Shown piece by piece: positions 20,049-29,710 of a DNA stretch of 54,656 nucleotides. The stretch's first letter is position 1; each line of letters starts with the position of its first letter. A program made the position numbers and the translations under genes. The stretch covers positions 1 to 54,656 of the forward strand of contig CALURE010000001.1 in NCBI GenBank assembly GCA_944323095.1, read 5' to 3'. Source of the DNA: Candidatus Gastranaerophilales bacterium. GTDB taxonomy: Bacteria > Cyanobacteriota > Vampirovibrionia > Gastranaerophilales > Gastranaerophilaceae. A model generated the notes under the pieces. It searched no databases, was not told the DNA's origin, and worked only from the letters and a program-made list of their open reading frames with translations.

Positions 20049-20121
20049 GTTACAATTCTTAATATATGAAATAATATGGCAATATTTTCCCTAAGTTTGT
20101 TTTTATATTTATATAGGGGAA
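20049..20121 (+). promoter_or_regulatory. Shared upstream motif copy A (HLR1-like repeat + GCAAT-N16-TTTTTATAT)
   Basis: GTTACAAT-TC-TTAATATA at 20049-20066; GCAAT at 20079; TTTTTATAT at 20100; similar to 45963-46012 and 46983-47043. Confidence 0.5.
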
Positions 20122-20134
20122 AATAGGAAATTCT

Positions 20135-22177
20135 ATGCTTGAGAATAATGTGAATAATAACCCATATAAAATGCAGTTTCAGGCAATGTCGCCCCAGCTG
20201 GCCGGACAGCAGCAGGTTCCAATGCAGGCAGTTAACCCTGAACTATTGAAACCTAATGTTCAGGATAGTTATGTAGCAAACAGGGCTAAGGCATCTGAAG
20301 ACAATAATCCTTTTGCTGTACTCGGGGTAGGAGCTGCTGTCTGGTACGCATTAGCTCAGGCTATGGATAAATTTAACCCGAAATGTGCAGGTGATTACGA
20401 GACTTCTGCACTCGGGAAAATAGGCGGTTTCGGGGATAAAATATCAACAGACACTTATGTAGGAAGAAAATTTGAGACCTTCTGCAATTGGTTTAAGAAA
20501 AAATTTACAAATCTTTCCGGTAAAAGCAAGATTGCATACACTTTGCAAAATCATGCAACAAGACCGGAATGGTCTTTTGCTAAAGTTCCAGGTGCGGGTG
20601 TTCACGGATTTTTAGCTTCTGATACTGAGCAGGTGTTTGAAGAATTTTTAAAACCTATTGTAAATCGTCAAAGAAAGTTTTCTAAGCCCTATAATGCTTA
20701 TCAAAAACTCGAGCAATACGGGGTTTCTCAAAAATATATTGATGATTTTATAAAAAATTTGGCAGGTAAAACTTTTGAGGAAAAATCTCTGGCTTTACAG
20801 ATGGAAGAATTAAAGCTTTTAGGAGTTTCAAACTCTCAGGCACAAAGCATTTATTCTTCTAAAGGAATGTCAGGATTGGCTGATCTGGCTAAAGAATTAA
20901 AAATTAAAAAGCTCGGGTTTGATTCTTTAGAACACTATAACTCTTTAAAAGGCAAATTTTTAGATCACCCTGATGAAGTTATGAAGGCTCTTGAAAAAGC
21001 TGATAAAAACAAAATTAAATTTTCAATATGGCGTGGCAAAAGCAAAGCCGGACGTAATTTAAAAGGCAGAATTGTTGATCCTTCCGAATATCTTAATAAA
21101 TATAAAGCTGTCTTAGGAAAAGGAAATAAGACGGCTCTTGGAAGATTTTTGCCAAAACTTTCTGCATGGTTTTTAGAAGGTACTACTAACAGATTTGCAG
21201 GCGGTAAATTAGCTGTTGCAATGCAGGCATTTATTTTTGCGGATATGTTTATAAGTACCTGGAAAGCGCCGAAAGGTGAAAAAGGCAAGACTTTAGCAGA
21301 AAGGTTTGTAAATGACTTTACATACTTCCTTGCTATGACGGCCGGTATTATCGGTATGCATAAAATCGGCGGTTTTAAATATGCAGGTCTTGATAAAGCA
21401 GGTGTAGAAAATTATCGCAAACTTTTAAAAGAATTTAACCAGAATGTAAAAGACGGTAAGCTAAATACAAAAGAAGCTTATAAAAAGGCTTCAAAAGCAC
21501 TGAATGAAGCTTTAGGAACTAAAAATATTAAAAATCCGATAACTAAGCTCCTTCAAAAAATCGGTAAATTTATAAATATCGGTAATGAAAGAAAACTCTC
21601 GTACCGTTCAACAAGCAAATATAATCTGAATTTCTTAAGAAAACTTGCAAACGGCAACATAATAGGTGTTCCGATGAGAATAGTAATACCGATGTTCATT
21701 ATATCTCCATTCCTTGCAAAATGGGCTACAAAGTGCTGTCATGCAATTTTTGGAAAGCCGACAAAATCAGTTCTCGATGAGGACAAAGAGCCTGAAGCTA
21801 CACCTTCTCAGACCGCCCAGCTTCCGCCGCAGCTCCAGCAGCCGATGCAAGCTGGCCAAAATCCTCAGACACAGATAAATACAACTTCAACCACTACGTC
21901 GTCATATAATAATAGCCAGCAGCCGATGCAGTACAGTCAGTCTAATTTATTGAATAAATACAGAAATGGCAGTGGAGCTTTCTCAACTACCGCACAAAAT
22001 ACTCAAAGTATGCCGGCTCAAAATAATTCAAAACCTGCTGAACCTGTAAGAACATATATACCTTCGCCGGTTGGGGTTCAACTGACAAATAAGGAAGATA
22101 CTGCACCGGTTGATGATGTATTGAGACGCGCGGATTTAGCGGAACAGCAGGCTTTGCAGACGCTTAAAATGAATTAG
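20135..22177 (+). CDS. Lineage-specific membrane protein (680 aa), Lys-rich core, Q/T/S-rich termini
   Basis: Long ORF with RBS; several hydrophobic segments; low-complexity Q-rich tail; no recognised family. Confidence 0.8.
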   Translation: MLENNVNNNPYKMQFQAMSPQLAGQQQVPMQAVNPELLKPNVQDSYVANRAKASEDNNPFAVLGVGAAVWYALAQAMDKFNPKCAGDYETSALGKIGGFGDKISTDTYVGRKFETFCNWFKKKFTNLSGKSKIAYTLQNHATRPEWSFAKVPGAGVHGFLASDTEQVFEEFLKPIVNRQRKFSKPYNAYQKLEQYGVSQKYIDDFIKNLAGKTFEEKSLALQMEELKLLGVSNSQAQSIYSSKGMSGLADLAKELKIKKLGFDSLEHYNSLKGKFLDHPDEVMKALEKADKNKIKFSIWRGKSKAGRNLKGRIVDPSEYLNKYKAVLGKGNKTALGRFLPKLSAWFLEGTTNRFAGGKLAVAMQAFIFADMFISTWKAPKGEKGKTLAERFVNDFTYFLAMTAGIIGMHKIGGFKYAGLDKAGVENYRKLLKEFNQNVKDGKLNTKEAYKKASKALNEALGTKNIKNPITKLLQKIGKFINIGNERKLSYRSTSKYNLNFLRKLANGNIIGVPMRIVIPMFIISPFLAKWATKCCHAIFGKPTKSVLDEDKEPEATPSQTAQLPPQLQQPMQAGQNPQTQINTTSTTTSSYNNSQQPMQYSQSNLLNKYRNGSGAFSTTAQNTQSMPAQNNSKPAEPVRTYIPSPVGVQLTNKEDTAPVDDVLRRADLAEQQALQTLKMN

Positions 22178-22204
22178 CATGTTGTTTATATGGATTTATA
22201 TATA

Positions 22205-22233
22205 TTGCCATATTTTAACAGGCATGGTATAAT
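22205..22233 (+). promoter_or_regulatory. Sigma70-type promoter
   Basis: TTGCCA-N17-TATAAT with extended TG. Confidence 0.65.
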
Positions 22234-22251
22234 TTATTTAAGGGAGGGTTT

Positions 22252-22941
22252 ATGACAGCGGCATTTGATTTTAAAACGTTTGCACAGGATTTGACAAAGC
22301 AGGCAGAAACAAGTTTTCCTGATGATATTGCTCTTGAGCATAAAAAAGAATTTCTTGAACGTATTTATAATTTTACTTATATCGCAGGAGAAGCTTTTTC
22401 TAATGATGATACGATCGAAAATTCTGAAACCGCAAAACTTTTAACCCAGCTTATTTCGGAGTGGACTTTTCACAAGTATATTGATTTATTGCGTTCAGAT
22501 ATTCCTGAGATGTATCATGAAAGTATCCTTCAAAAACTTGCTTATGTAGCGTTTGAGATGGGTAAAGAGGCAGAACTTGGTAAATTGTCACAGGAACAAA
22601 TGCTTATGCTTGTTGAGCTTCAGGTTAAAAAAGCTTTTGAAAGGGCATGTAAAAATCTTATGGTGAACGGAAAAATATCTCCTGAAACTTACAGTAAGGC
22701 CTTAAATCTTTCAAATATTGATGATTATTCAAATAAACTCTGCCATAATGTAAAAATATATAAAAGGTCTAAAAGTACTTTTAAATACACTTTAACTGCC
22801 CTTGGATTCGGGCTTGTAACCCTTCTTGCAAATGTATTATATCCTGATTCATTAAATCTGGTTGTTATAAATACTGTTGCAATTATAGTTCTGTCAATGT
22901 ATGCAGGGTTTTATATCGGAGTAAATAAATTTTCTAGATAA
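22252..22941 (+). CDS. Hypothetical protein with two C-terminal TM helices
   Basis: GGGAGG RBS; helical N-terminal domain; two hydrophobic segments at the C-terminus. Confidence 0.75.
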   Translation: MTAAFDFKTFAQDLTKQAETSFPDDIALEHKKEFLERIYNFTYIAGEAFSNDDTIENSETAKLLTQLISEWTFHKYIDLLRSDIPEMYHESILQKLAYVAFEMGKEAELGKLSQEQMLMLVELQVKKAFERACKNLMVNGKISPETYSKALNLSNIDDYSNKLCHNVKIYKRSKSTFKYTLTALGFGLVTLLANVLYPDSLNLVVINTVAIIVLSMYAGFYIGVNKFSR

Positions 22942-22956
22942 TATGTATGAGCAATA

Positions 22957-22985
22957 TTGTATTTGCTAACAGATTATGATATAAT
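22957..22985 (+). promoter_or_regulatory. Sigma70-type promoter of 6S RNA
   Basis: TTGTAT-N17-TATAAT with TGn extension; predicted +1 at 22992 coincides with the start of the closing stem. Confidence 0.7.
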
Positions 22986-22991
22986 ATTATC

Positions 22992-23168
22992 AGCTCTGTA
23001 CGGGTGCTCATTTTGTTCCTACATTTATTTTAAAAGGGAGAATTGACTCCGTCAGGATGTGAAGTAGACCCGCCGATTATTAATAATCGCCAGCGGGAAA
23101 CGGATAATCCGGGGCATTCACCCACCTGCGAGACCACGCAGGCAACAAAATCACATTCGTGCAGGGCT
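22992..23168 (+). ncRNA. ssrS: 6S RNA
   Basis: 177 nt; 15-bp closing stem AGCTCTGTACGGGTG/CATTCGTGCAGGGCT (with G-U pairs), second stem ATTTTGTT/AACAAAAT, A/U-rich bubble, GGGAG and CACCCACCTG motifs, 3' U-run. Confidence 0.8.
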
Positions 23169-23209
23169 TTTTTATTGCTTATTTCTGTCTAATATGTTAC
23201 AATTTGAGT

Positions 23210-24397
23210 ATGAATAAGAAAATTTCAGTAATTGTTGTTTGTGAAGATAATTCTTTGACAGAGCTTTTAAAACGATATATCAATGATTCGGATAATTTCT
23301 TTTTTCTTGCTTCTGTTTCTGATTTTTCAAAGGCTTATGATGCAGTAAAAGAACTTTCAAAATCTCTGGTTATAGTTGATATGTCCGATTATCAGGAGCA
23401 GGCTTTAAATTTTATAAACAGGACAAAAACTGATTTTCCGGAAATGAAAGTAATAGCATTCTCTGATAAACCTGATGTTGAACTTGCCGTACGGACAATG
23501 AGGATGGGGGCATCAGACCTTTTATCCCTGCCGTTAATAAAAGATGAATTTTATTCTTCAATAAGTCGTATATATGATGATTTGACTGGACAAACAAAGG
23601 AAAAAACGAAGTGCAGAATTATAACCGTTTATTCAAATAAAGGCGGTGCCGGAAAAACTTCTGTTGCTTCAAATCTTGCTTATGAGCTTGCAAGAATTAC
23701 AAAAGAAAATGTTGCTTTAATAGATTTAAATTTTCAGCTCGGTGATGTTGCACCTTTCTTTGACTTGAATCCGTCTTTTAATATTTCGTATATGCTACAA
23801 AATTCTGATAAAATAAACGGAGATTTTTTGATTTCAACGCTTGAAAAATATAAGGATACAAGTTTATATATACTTGCAGATCCTCCGTCTTATGCGCAGA
23901 CAGAAAATATTTCTTCAAAAGACATAACTAAACTTTTTAAGATATTGCGAAATACATTTTCTTATATTGTTGTTGATACATCCGGAGGCTTTGACAGCAT
24001 TTCTCTGACAGCTTTAGAAAATTCTGATTTAGTTTTTCTTGTAACCATTGTAAATCTTCCGGCATTAAGAAATTGTCAGAGATGTATGGAATTATTAGAA
24101 AAATCCGGTATTGATGCTGACAGAATTCAGGTTTTGATAAATCGCTATATGGAAAATGATGAGATTTCGTCCGGTGATGTAGAAGAAGTTCTGGGTAAAA
24201 AATTATATTGGAAAATTCCGAATAATTATTTTACCATGATGACTGCTATAAACAGCGGTATTCCTGTTTCTGCTGTTAATCCGGATTCAAATGTCGCAAT
24301 AAGTTATAAAAATTTGGCTTTGCTTGTATCGGATAATGTTTACAGACAAAAATTTGACAGAAAAACGGAAGGATATAAAAATGTTGCAGAGCAGTAA
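23210..24397 (+). CDS. cpaE: Tad/Flp pilus CpaE/TadZ-like protein (receiver domain + ParA/MinD-like ATPase)
   Basis: KGGAGKTS deviant Walker A, LIDLNFQLGD, VVDT, INRY; start moved to ATG 23210 because the track start overlaps 6S RNA. Confidence 0.8.
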   Translation: MNKKISVIVVCEDNSLTELLKRYINDSDNFFFLASVSDFSKAYDAVKELSKSLVIVDMSDYQEQALNFINRTKTDFPEMKVIAFSDKPDVELAVRTMRMGASDLLSLPLIKDEFYSSISRIYDDLTGQTKEKTKCRIITVYSNKGGAGKTSVASNLAYELARITKENVALIDLNFQLGDVAPFFDLNPSFNISYMLQNSDKINGDFLISTLEKYKDTSLYILADPPSYAQTENISSKDITKLFKILRNTFSYIVVDTSGGFDSISLTALENSDLVFLVTIVNLPALRNCQRCMELLEKSGIDADRIQVLINRYMENDEISSGDVEEVLGKKLYWKIPNNYFTMMTAINSGIPVSAVNPDSNVAISYKNLALLVSDNVYRQKFDRKTEGYKNVAEQ

Positions 24398-25697
24398 ATT
24401 AAGCAGCAGATTTAAAAAATCAAATATTTTAAAAGAGCAGCAGGAAGTCATTAAAGAGCCTGAACAGGAACTAAAGCCTGAAAATACAGATAAAGTTGAA
24501 AATAAAGATGATTTAATTCTTGATAATCCAGATTTTGATTATTCTGAAGTTCTTGATTTATTATTAGATAAAATAAATTCCATTCCTGTATGGTTTGAAT
24601 ATGAGAGTGCGAAACAAAAAGATCTGATAAAAAAATTTGTTGACAGCAGGAGCAATATTGCTGATGAAAGTAAAGAAAATCTGGTTGAAAAACTTTATAA
24701 AAGTGTAGTTGAATATGGACCGCTTAACTTTTTGCTTGAAAAAGAAAATGTTACATCTGTTTTTGTCAACAGTACAAATTCTGTTTATATAGAGATTAAC
24801 GGCAATATTTTAAATACTGAAATAAAGTTAAGTGTACCTGCGTTTAATTTTATTATAAAAAGTATTTCTTTTTTGTCTGAGCAAAACTTTAATATTCAGG
24901 CGGATGTTGTGAATTTTAAGGCAGGAGATATTTTTATTTCAATAATTCCGTCATCAATTTCACAAAGCGGTGCGATTTTAATTTTAAAAAAATCTGTATT
25001 AAGAACGCACGAGTTTTTAGTTGAAAAATCAATGATGACAAAAGAGATTTTTGATTTTCTTGTTTCTGTCATTTCTATGAAAAAAAATATTGTCATTGCA
25101 GGAAATATTAATACCGGCAAAACGACTCTGGCTGATGCTTTAATAAATTCTTGCCTGTGCGGCAGACGTTCTGCAGTTATTGAAGATGTTCCGCAATTAA
25201 TTTCATCATCCGAATCTATAATTAAATTTTTAGTTAATAACAATATAGCAGATCGGGAATTTGTAATTTCAACTATTTTGAAAATGTCGCCGGAATATAT
25301 TGTGACGGATTTAAATGAGCCTCTGGCTGATATTTTGGGTCGTGAAGGGCTGATTATGACTTTAAAAGCGGGTTCTGTAAGTGATGCTTTTTCAAAACTT
25401 GTTTGTGCGTATGCAGTATCAGCAAACTTGACTGAAAAATATGCCAAAAATAAAGTTTTATCTGAATTTGATTACATAGTTTATATTAATAAAAATAGCA
25501 GCGGATTGAGATATGTAAGTTCTATAGTAGAATTAAGCCCTGCAAGGACTGCAGCATTATCAATGAAGGAAATTGCCAAATTTGATGAGGATGATGGTTA
25601 TATTATTGATTTCCCGCAGCCTTTGACTTCAATTCGTGCTGATGCCGTGATTTCAGAAACAGGTTCGATGGCTTCACGCTTTTTAGATCAAAATTAG
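24381..25697 (+). CDS. TadA/CpaF-like secretion ATPase, degenerate
   Basis: YGPLNFLL, GNINTGKTT, IED; Walker B and His boxes altered; follows cpaE. Confidence 0.7.
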   Translation: MLQSSKLSSRFKKSNILKEQQEVIKEPEQELKPENTDKVENKDDLILDNPDFDYSEVLDLLLDKINSIPVWFEYESAKQKDLIKKFVDSRSNIADESKENLVEKLYKSVVEYGPLNFLLEKENVTSVFVNSTNSVYIEINGNILNTEIKLSVPAFNFIIKSISFLSEQNFNIQADVVNFKAGDIFISIIPSSISQSGAILILKKSVLRTHEFLVEKSMMTKEIFDFLVSVISMKKNIVIAGNINTGKTTLADALINSCLCGRRSAVIEDVPQLISSSESIIKFLVNNNIADREFVISTILKMSPEYIVTDLNEPLADILGREGLIMTLKAGSVSDAFSKLVCAYAVSANLTEKYAKNKVLSEFDYIVYINKNSSGLRYVSSIVELSPARTAALSMKEIAKFDEDDGYIIDFPQPLTSIRADAVISETGSMASRFLDQN

Positions 25698-26658
25698 TTT
25701 TTTGCCCGAGGTCGTTAAATATAGTTTTCAGTTTAGAATCATTAACGAAGCCTTTCGAAATTTGATCTATACCTGGATTTATGTATTCTTTCATAATTTT
25801 TTTGTCGACAAAATCGTTTACCGGATTTGCAAACAATATTAAAGAAGCAAAACCGCCGAGGGTTTTTAATAATTTGTTTTTAAAAATAAGTGAGGATTGA
25901 TATTCTTTGAGAGCTGTTCTTGTTGCCTGATATGAGTAATCACCTTCGTTGTACATTTCTTTCATTACCGGCAGAATGCGGTTGTATTTCCTGTAAATAC
26001 CTGAAGGTACAGCATGTTTGTTGTTGTTTTTTAAAGCTGTCATTATATCAAAAGTTTTTTCGGCATTTTCTGAGGCGAACTTAAGAACTCTTGACTCGTT
26101 TGAATGTAAAAGGTCGTATCTGCTTGTAAAAAGGTTAATGTATATCTTTTTTATTATATTTTTTGTTTTTTGTTCGTTTTTTCTGGCTTTAATTTTATTT
26201 TCAAGCGTATTTGCTACTATGTTTTTAAAATCTTCTTTACTTTTTAGAGCAAAGCCGTGAGCCTGATCAATTACATCTTTAGTGTGTTTATAAATTGCGT
26301 CTTTTGCATTTGTGCTGATTTTTGCTCCTGTGAATTTCGCAATAGGCGATACTGCATATTGACCGGCAAGGATTACCAGCGGGAGTGCTATTAATGATGT
26401 TAATCCCTGAAATACTGCCTGTTTAAGAGCTCTTTTGGCACTGGGATGATAATTGTCTTTATCATTTTTATATTTGTCATAAATGTCAGCTCCAAGATAC
26501 ATAAAGGTAGGTGCCCATAGAGCAGTCCCGAGTTTTGGCGCAATTTCCGATATTGCTGTTCCTAATTCGTTTGAATACGACATTAAAACAGGAATCGGTT
26601 TATTTAGAGGATCCTGATATTTTGTATTTTGAGTGTTTGTAGTTATCTGGCTGACCAC
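25603..26658 (-). CDS. Membrane protein resembling eukaryotic MTFP1/MTP18 family, with a large insertion
   Basis: YSNELGTA...P...YLGADIYDKYK, FQGLTS and TLGG...NPVNDFVD match the MTP18 motif order as recalled; GTG start with AAGGG RBS. Confidence 0.65.
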   Translation of the reverse strand: MVSQITTNTQNTKYQDPLNKPIPVLMSYSNELGTAISEIAPKLGTALWAPTFMYLGADIYDKYKNDKDNYHPSAKRALKQAVFQGLTSLIALPLVILAGQYAVSPIAKFTGAKISTNAKDAIYKHTKDVIDQAHGFALKSKEDFKNIVANTLENKIKARKNEQKTKNIIKKIYINLFTSRYDLLHSNESRVLKFASENAEKTFDIMTALKNNNKHAVPSGIYRKYNRILPVMKEMYNEGDYSYQATRTALKEYQSSLIFKNKLLKTLGGFASLILFANPVNDFVDKKIMKEYINPGIDQISKGFVNDSKLKTIFNDLGQKTNFDLKSVKPSNLFLKSRHQHELKSKAAGNQ

Positions 26659-26712
26659 TTAATATTCCCTTTTTGTAATTACATTATATTATAACCGTGA
26701 AAAAATTTTTTT

Positions 26713-26741
26713 TTGCCAGAAAATTTTTATTTAGTTATAAT
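26713..26741 (+). promoter_or_regulatory. Sigma70-type promoter of uvrB
   Basis: TTGCCA-N17-TATAAT; ATG 8 nt after the -10 box. Confidence 0.7.
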
Positions 26742-26749
26742 TTGGTTAT

Positions 26750-28744
26750 ATGGAGCGAAGATTTAAAATATCATCAAAATATAAACCTGCCGGAGATCAG
26801 CCTAAAGCTATAGAACAACTTGTTCAAGGGCTTGAAAGCGGAGATGATGCACAGACATTACTTGGAATAACAGGTTCAGGGAAAACATTTACAATTGCAA
26901 ATGTTATTGAAAGAGTGCAGAGGCCTACTCTTATTATCGCTCACAACAAAACCCTTGCTGCCCAGCTTTACAATGAGTTTAAAGAACTTTTTCCTGATAA
27001 TGCTGTGGAATATTTTATAAGTTATTATGATTATTATCAGCCTGAAGCGTATATCCCGAGAACTGACACTTTTATAGAAAAATCAGCTTCGATAAATGAG
27101 GAAATTGACAGACTTCGTCATAATGCAACAAGATGCCTTTATGAAAGAAATGATGTTATTATAGTCGCTTCTGTGAGTTGTATTTATGGCTTAGGGCTGC
27201 CTGAAAATTATTTTAAAGGGTCTGTCGAGCTGAATGTCGGTGATGAGATATCAAGGGATGACCTGCTCAAGCATCTCGTAAGCGTTCAGTATTCAAGAAA
27301 CGATCTTGTGCTTGAGCGTTCAACATTCCGCGCTCGCGGTGACATTGTTGAAATAATGCCTGCTTATGAAAAGATAATAACGCGGATATATTTTTTCGGC
27401 GATGAAATAGAAAAAATTGTCAGAATAGATAATGTGACGGGAGAAATTCTTGAAACTCCGGCAAAAGTTGTTATCTATCCTGCTGTGCATTATCTTTCTT
27501 ATGATGAAAATGTTGATGAAACGATTTCTTTAATAAGGCAGGAATTGCAGCAGAGACTTGCTGAACTTAACAGTGAAAATAAACTTGTAGAGGCGCAAAG
27601 ACTAGAGCAAAGGGTTAAATATGATATTGAAATGATAAAGGAGATGGGATATTGTTCAGGTATTGAAAATTATTCAAGGATTATTGAGCGACGTCCTCCG
27701 GGTTCTGCTCCGGCTACTTTACTGGATTATTTTCAAGGTGATTTCCTGACTGTAATTGATGAATCTCATGTTACGCTGCCACAGTTAAAAGGAATGTATC
27801 ACGGCGATTCTTCACGAAAAAATACATTAATAGAGTACGGGTTCAGGCTTCCGTGCGCAAGAGACAACAGACCTTTGAAAAATGATGAATTTTTCAAAAA
27901 AGTTCATCAAAAAATTTATATTTCTGCAACTCCCGGTGATTTTGAAAGAAAAACATCTGCTCAATTAGTTGAACAAATAATTCGTCCGACAGGGCTTGTT
28001 GATCCTAAAATTTCTGTTCGTCCTATAGAATCGCAAATAACTGACTTAAAAGATGAAATTAAAAAACGCGCAGAAAAAGATGAACGTGTTCTTATTACAA
28101 CATTGACTAAACGTATGGCTGAAGATTTAACTGATTTCTTTGTTCAGGAAGGTATTAAAGTCAGATATCTTCACAGTGAAATTCAATCACTTGAGCGTGT
28201 TGAAATCTTAAGGGATTTAAGACTCGGAGAATTTGATGTTTTGATAGGTGTCAATTTGCTCAGGGAAGGGCTTGATATTCCCGAAGTTTCTCTTGTTGCA
28301 ATTATGGATGCTGATAAAGAGGGTTTTTTACGTTCAGAAACAAGTTTAATTCAAACAATAGGCCGTGCTGCACGTAATGCATGCGGTGAAGTTATTATGT
28401 ACGCTGACAGAATGACGGAATCTATGGAAAAAGCAATTTCGGAAACCGAAAGACGACGTAAAATTCAGATTGAATATAATAAAAAATACGGAATTATTCC
28501 GCAGACAATTAAAAAGCCGATAGAAAATAATCTTCTGTCTCTTGTTGCAAGCTACAGGGATCTGGAGGATATTGTCGCAGAAGAAATGGTTGATTTAGGT
28601 ATTGAAAAGAAAGATTTGCCAAAATTAATAGACAAGCTTGAAAAAGATATGCATAAAGCTGCAAAAATCCTCGATTTTGAAAGAGCCGCGGAAATACGTG
28701 ACAAGTTAAAGAAACTCCGTGAAATGGCTGACAATGCAAAGTAG
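26750..28744 (+). CDS. uvrB: Excinuclease ABC subunit B
   Basis: [28 protein letters not shown]-terminal UVR domain. Confidence 0.98.
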   Translation: MERRFKISSKYKPAGDQPKAIEQLVQGLESGDDAQTLLGITGSGKTFTIANVIERVQRPTLIIAHNKTLAAQLYNEFKELFPDNAVEYFISYYDYYQPEAYIPRTDTFIEKSASINEEIDRLRHNATRCLYERNDVIIVASVSCIYGLGLPENYFKGSVELNVGDEISRDDLLKHLVSVQYSRNDLVLERSTFRARGDIVEIMPAYEKIITRIYFFGDEIEKIVRIDNVTGEILETPAKVVIYPAVHYLSYDENVDETISLIRQELQQRLAELNSENKLVEAQRLEQRVKYDIEMIKEMGYCSGIENYSRIIERRPPGSAPATLLDYFQGDFLTVIDESHVTLPQLKGMYHGDSSRKNTLIEYGFRLPCARDNRPLKNDEFFKKVHQKIYISATPGDFERKTSAQLVEQIIRPTGLVDPKISVRPIESQITDLKDEIKKRAEKDERVLITTLTKRMAEDLTDFFVQEGIKVRYLHSEIQSLERVEILRDLRLGEFDVLIGVNLLREGLDIPEVSLVAIMDADKEGFLRSETSLIQTIGRAARNACGEVIMYADRMTESMEKAISETERRRKIQIEYNKKYGIIPQTIKKPIENNLLSLVASYRDLEDIVAEEMVDLGIEKKDLPKLIDKLEKDMHKAAKILDFERAAEIRDKLKKLREMADNAK

Positions 28745-28749
28745 ATTAT

Positions 28750-29472
28750 TTATATAAGTTTTTCAGAGTTTTCTTTAGTCGTAATATTTTCATAGCTAAG
28801 CTGCGCAAGATAATGAGCAGTCATTGCTATTGTAAATATTGAAACTATACACCAGAAAAATATTGCAATCGGACTGGGAATTCCCCAGAACAGCCATATG
28901 ATATAGCTTACAGGTATTAATATAATTGCATCTGCAAGTATAATTTGAGGTATCATAAAAATTACGGCAATGAAAATATCAGCGCATGAATCAGATATGA
29001 TTTTTAAATTGTACGCATCAGGGATCCTGAAATGTTTGGCATAGCATAGATATCCTGTCAGGGTTATAGATGCAAATAAACCTCCGATAACAAATTTAAA
29101 TGCGATTAATACGTTTGATGCCGGAATGTAGGATTCTATCCAACCTGATATATAAATTGCAGCCCATCCACATACTGCAAATAACGGACCTAAAGCTACT
29201 GTTCCTTTTATCCCGTCCCAGAGCATTGAAAAAATATTAAAAGATGGTAATACTCTATCGCCACCTTTTTGAACATTTGAAGTGCATTTTATCATAAATC
29301 CGAAAAGCAGAAGATATGTAAATCCTGCGACAATCATAAATGTTGATGAGTTTGCCGAAAATTTCTCGTATAGATTTACACAATAAAATACAGGAATTGC
29401 AAAAATTATATATTTTAAAATTGCGTTATGATCCTGTATAGATTCTTCAAAAGCGTCTTTTATAGATGCCAT
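28750..29472 (-). CDS. Multi-pass membrane protein (DUF4013-like)
   Basis: Five to six TM segments; LPSF...WDGIKG pattern. Confidence 0.55.
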   Translation of the reverse strand: MASIKDAFEESIQDHNAILKYIIFAIPVFYCVNLYEKFSANSSTFMIVAGFTYLLLFGFMIKCTSNVQKGGDRVLPSFNIFSMLWDGIKGTVALGPLFAVCGWAAIYISGWIESYIPASNVLIAFKFVIGGLFASITLTGYLCYAKHFRIPDAYNLKIISDSCADIFIAVIFMIPQIILADAIILIPVSYIIWLFWGIPSPIAIFFWCIVSIFTIAMTAHYLAQLSYENITTKENSEKLI

Positions 29473-29548
29473 GGTTTAACTCTCCCATAAATATGTAATT
29501 TTTCTAATTTTAACATATATTACTGTTAATTACAATAAGTTTTTTAAA

Positions 29549-29707
29549 GGAATTATATCGCAGTTCACACTAATTAGTTCTAATTTGTCACCCCTGAATT
29601 AAATTCAGTGCAGGCTCTGCACTCTTTTCAGGGGCTCACCGGTGTAAGATGCTGAAACAAATTCAGCATGACGTTTTTGTTTATAATTAGCCTTGCCATA
29701 TAACCCC
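29549..29707 (+). mobile_element. MITE copy 2 (159 bp, right end decayed)
   Basis: Left end GGAATTATATCGCAGTTCACAC; same internal GTCACCCCTGAA...CAGGGGCT and GATGCTGAAACAAATTCAGCATGAC hairpins; flanks TTTTTAAA / TTTTTAAG. Confidence 0.7.
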
Positions 29708-29710
29708 TTT

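Noticed and set aside
20077-20095. TGGCAA as a sigma54 -24 box
   Set aside because: No TTGC at the -12 position, and the other two motif copies lack TGG
22992-23168. Riboswitch, SRP RNA or tRNA interpretation
   Set aside because: End-to-end pairing, size, own promoter and a separate downstream promoter fit 6S RNA better
23159-23209. N-terminal extension of cpaE in the ORF track
   Set aside because: It overlaps the 6S RNA 3' end and the cpaE promoter; ATG 23210 fits better
24896-25447. 183-aa minus-strand ORF and the other short nested ORFs in the track
   Set aside because: They lie within well-supported genes on the opposite strand or another frame and lack independent signals
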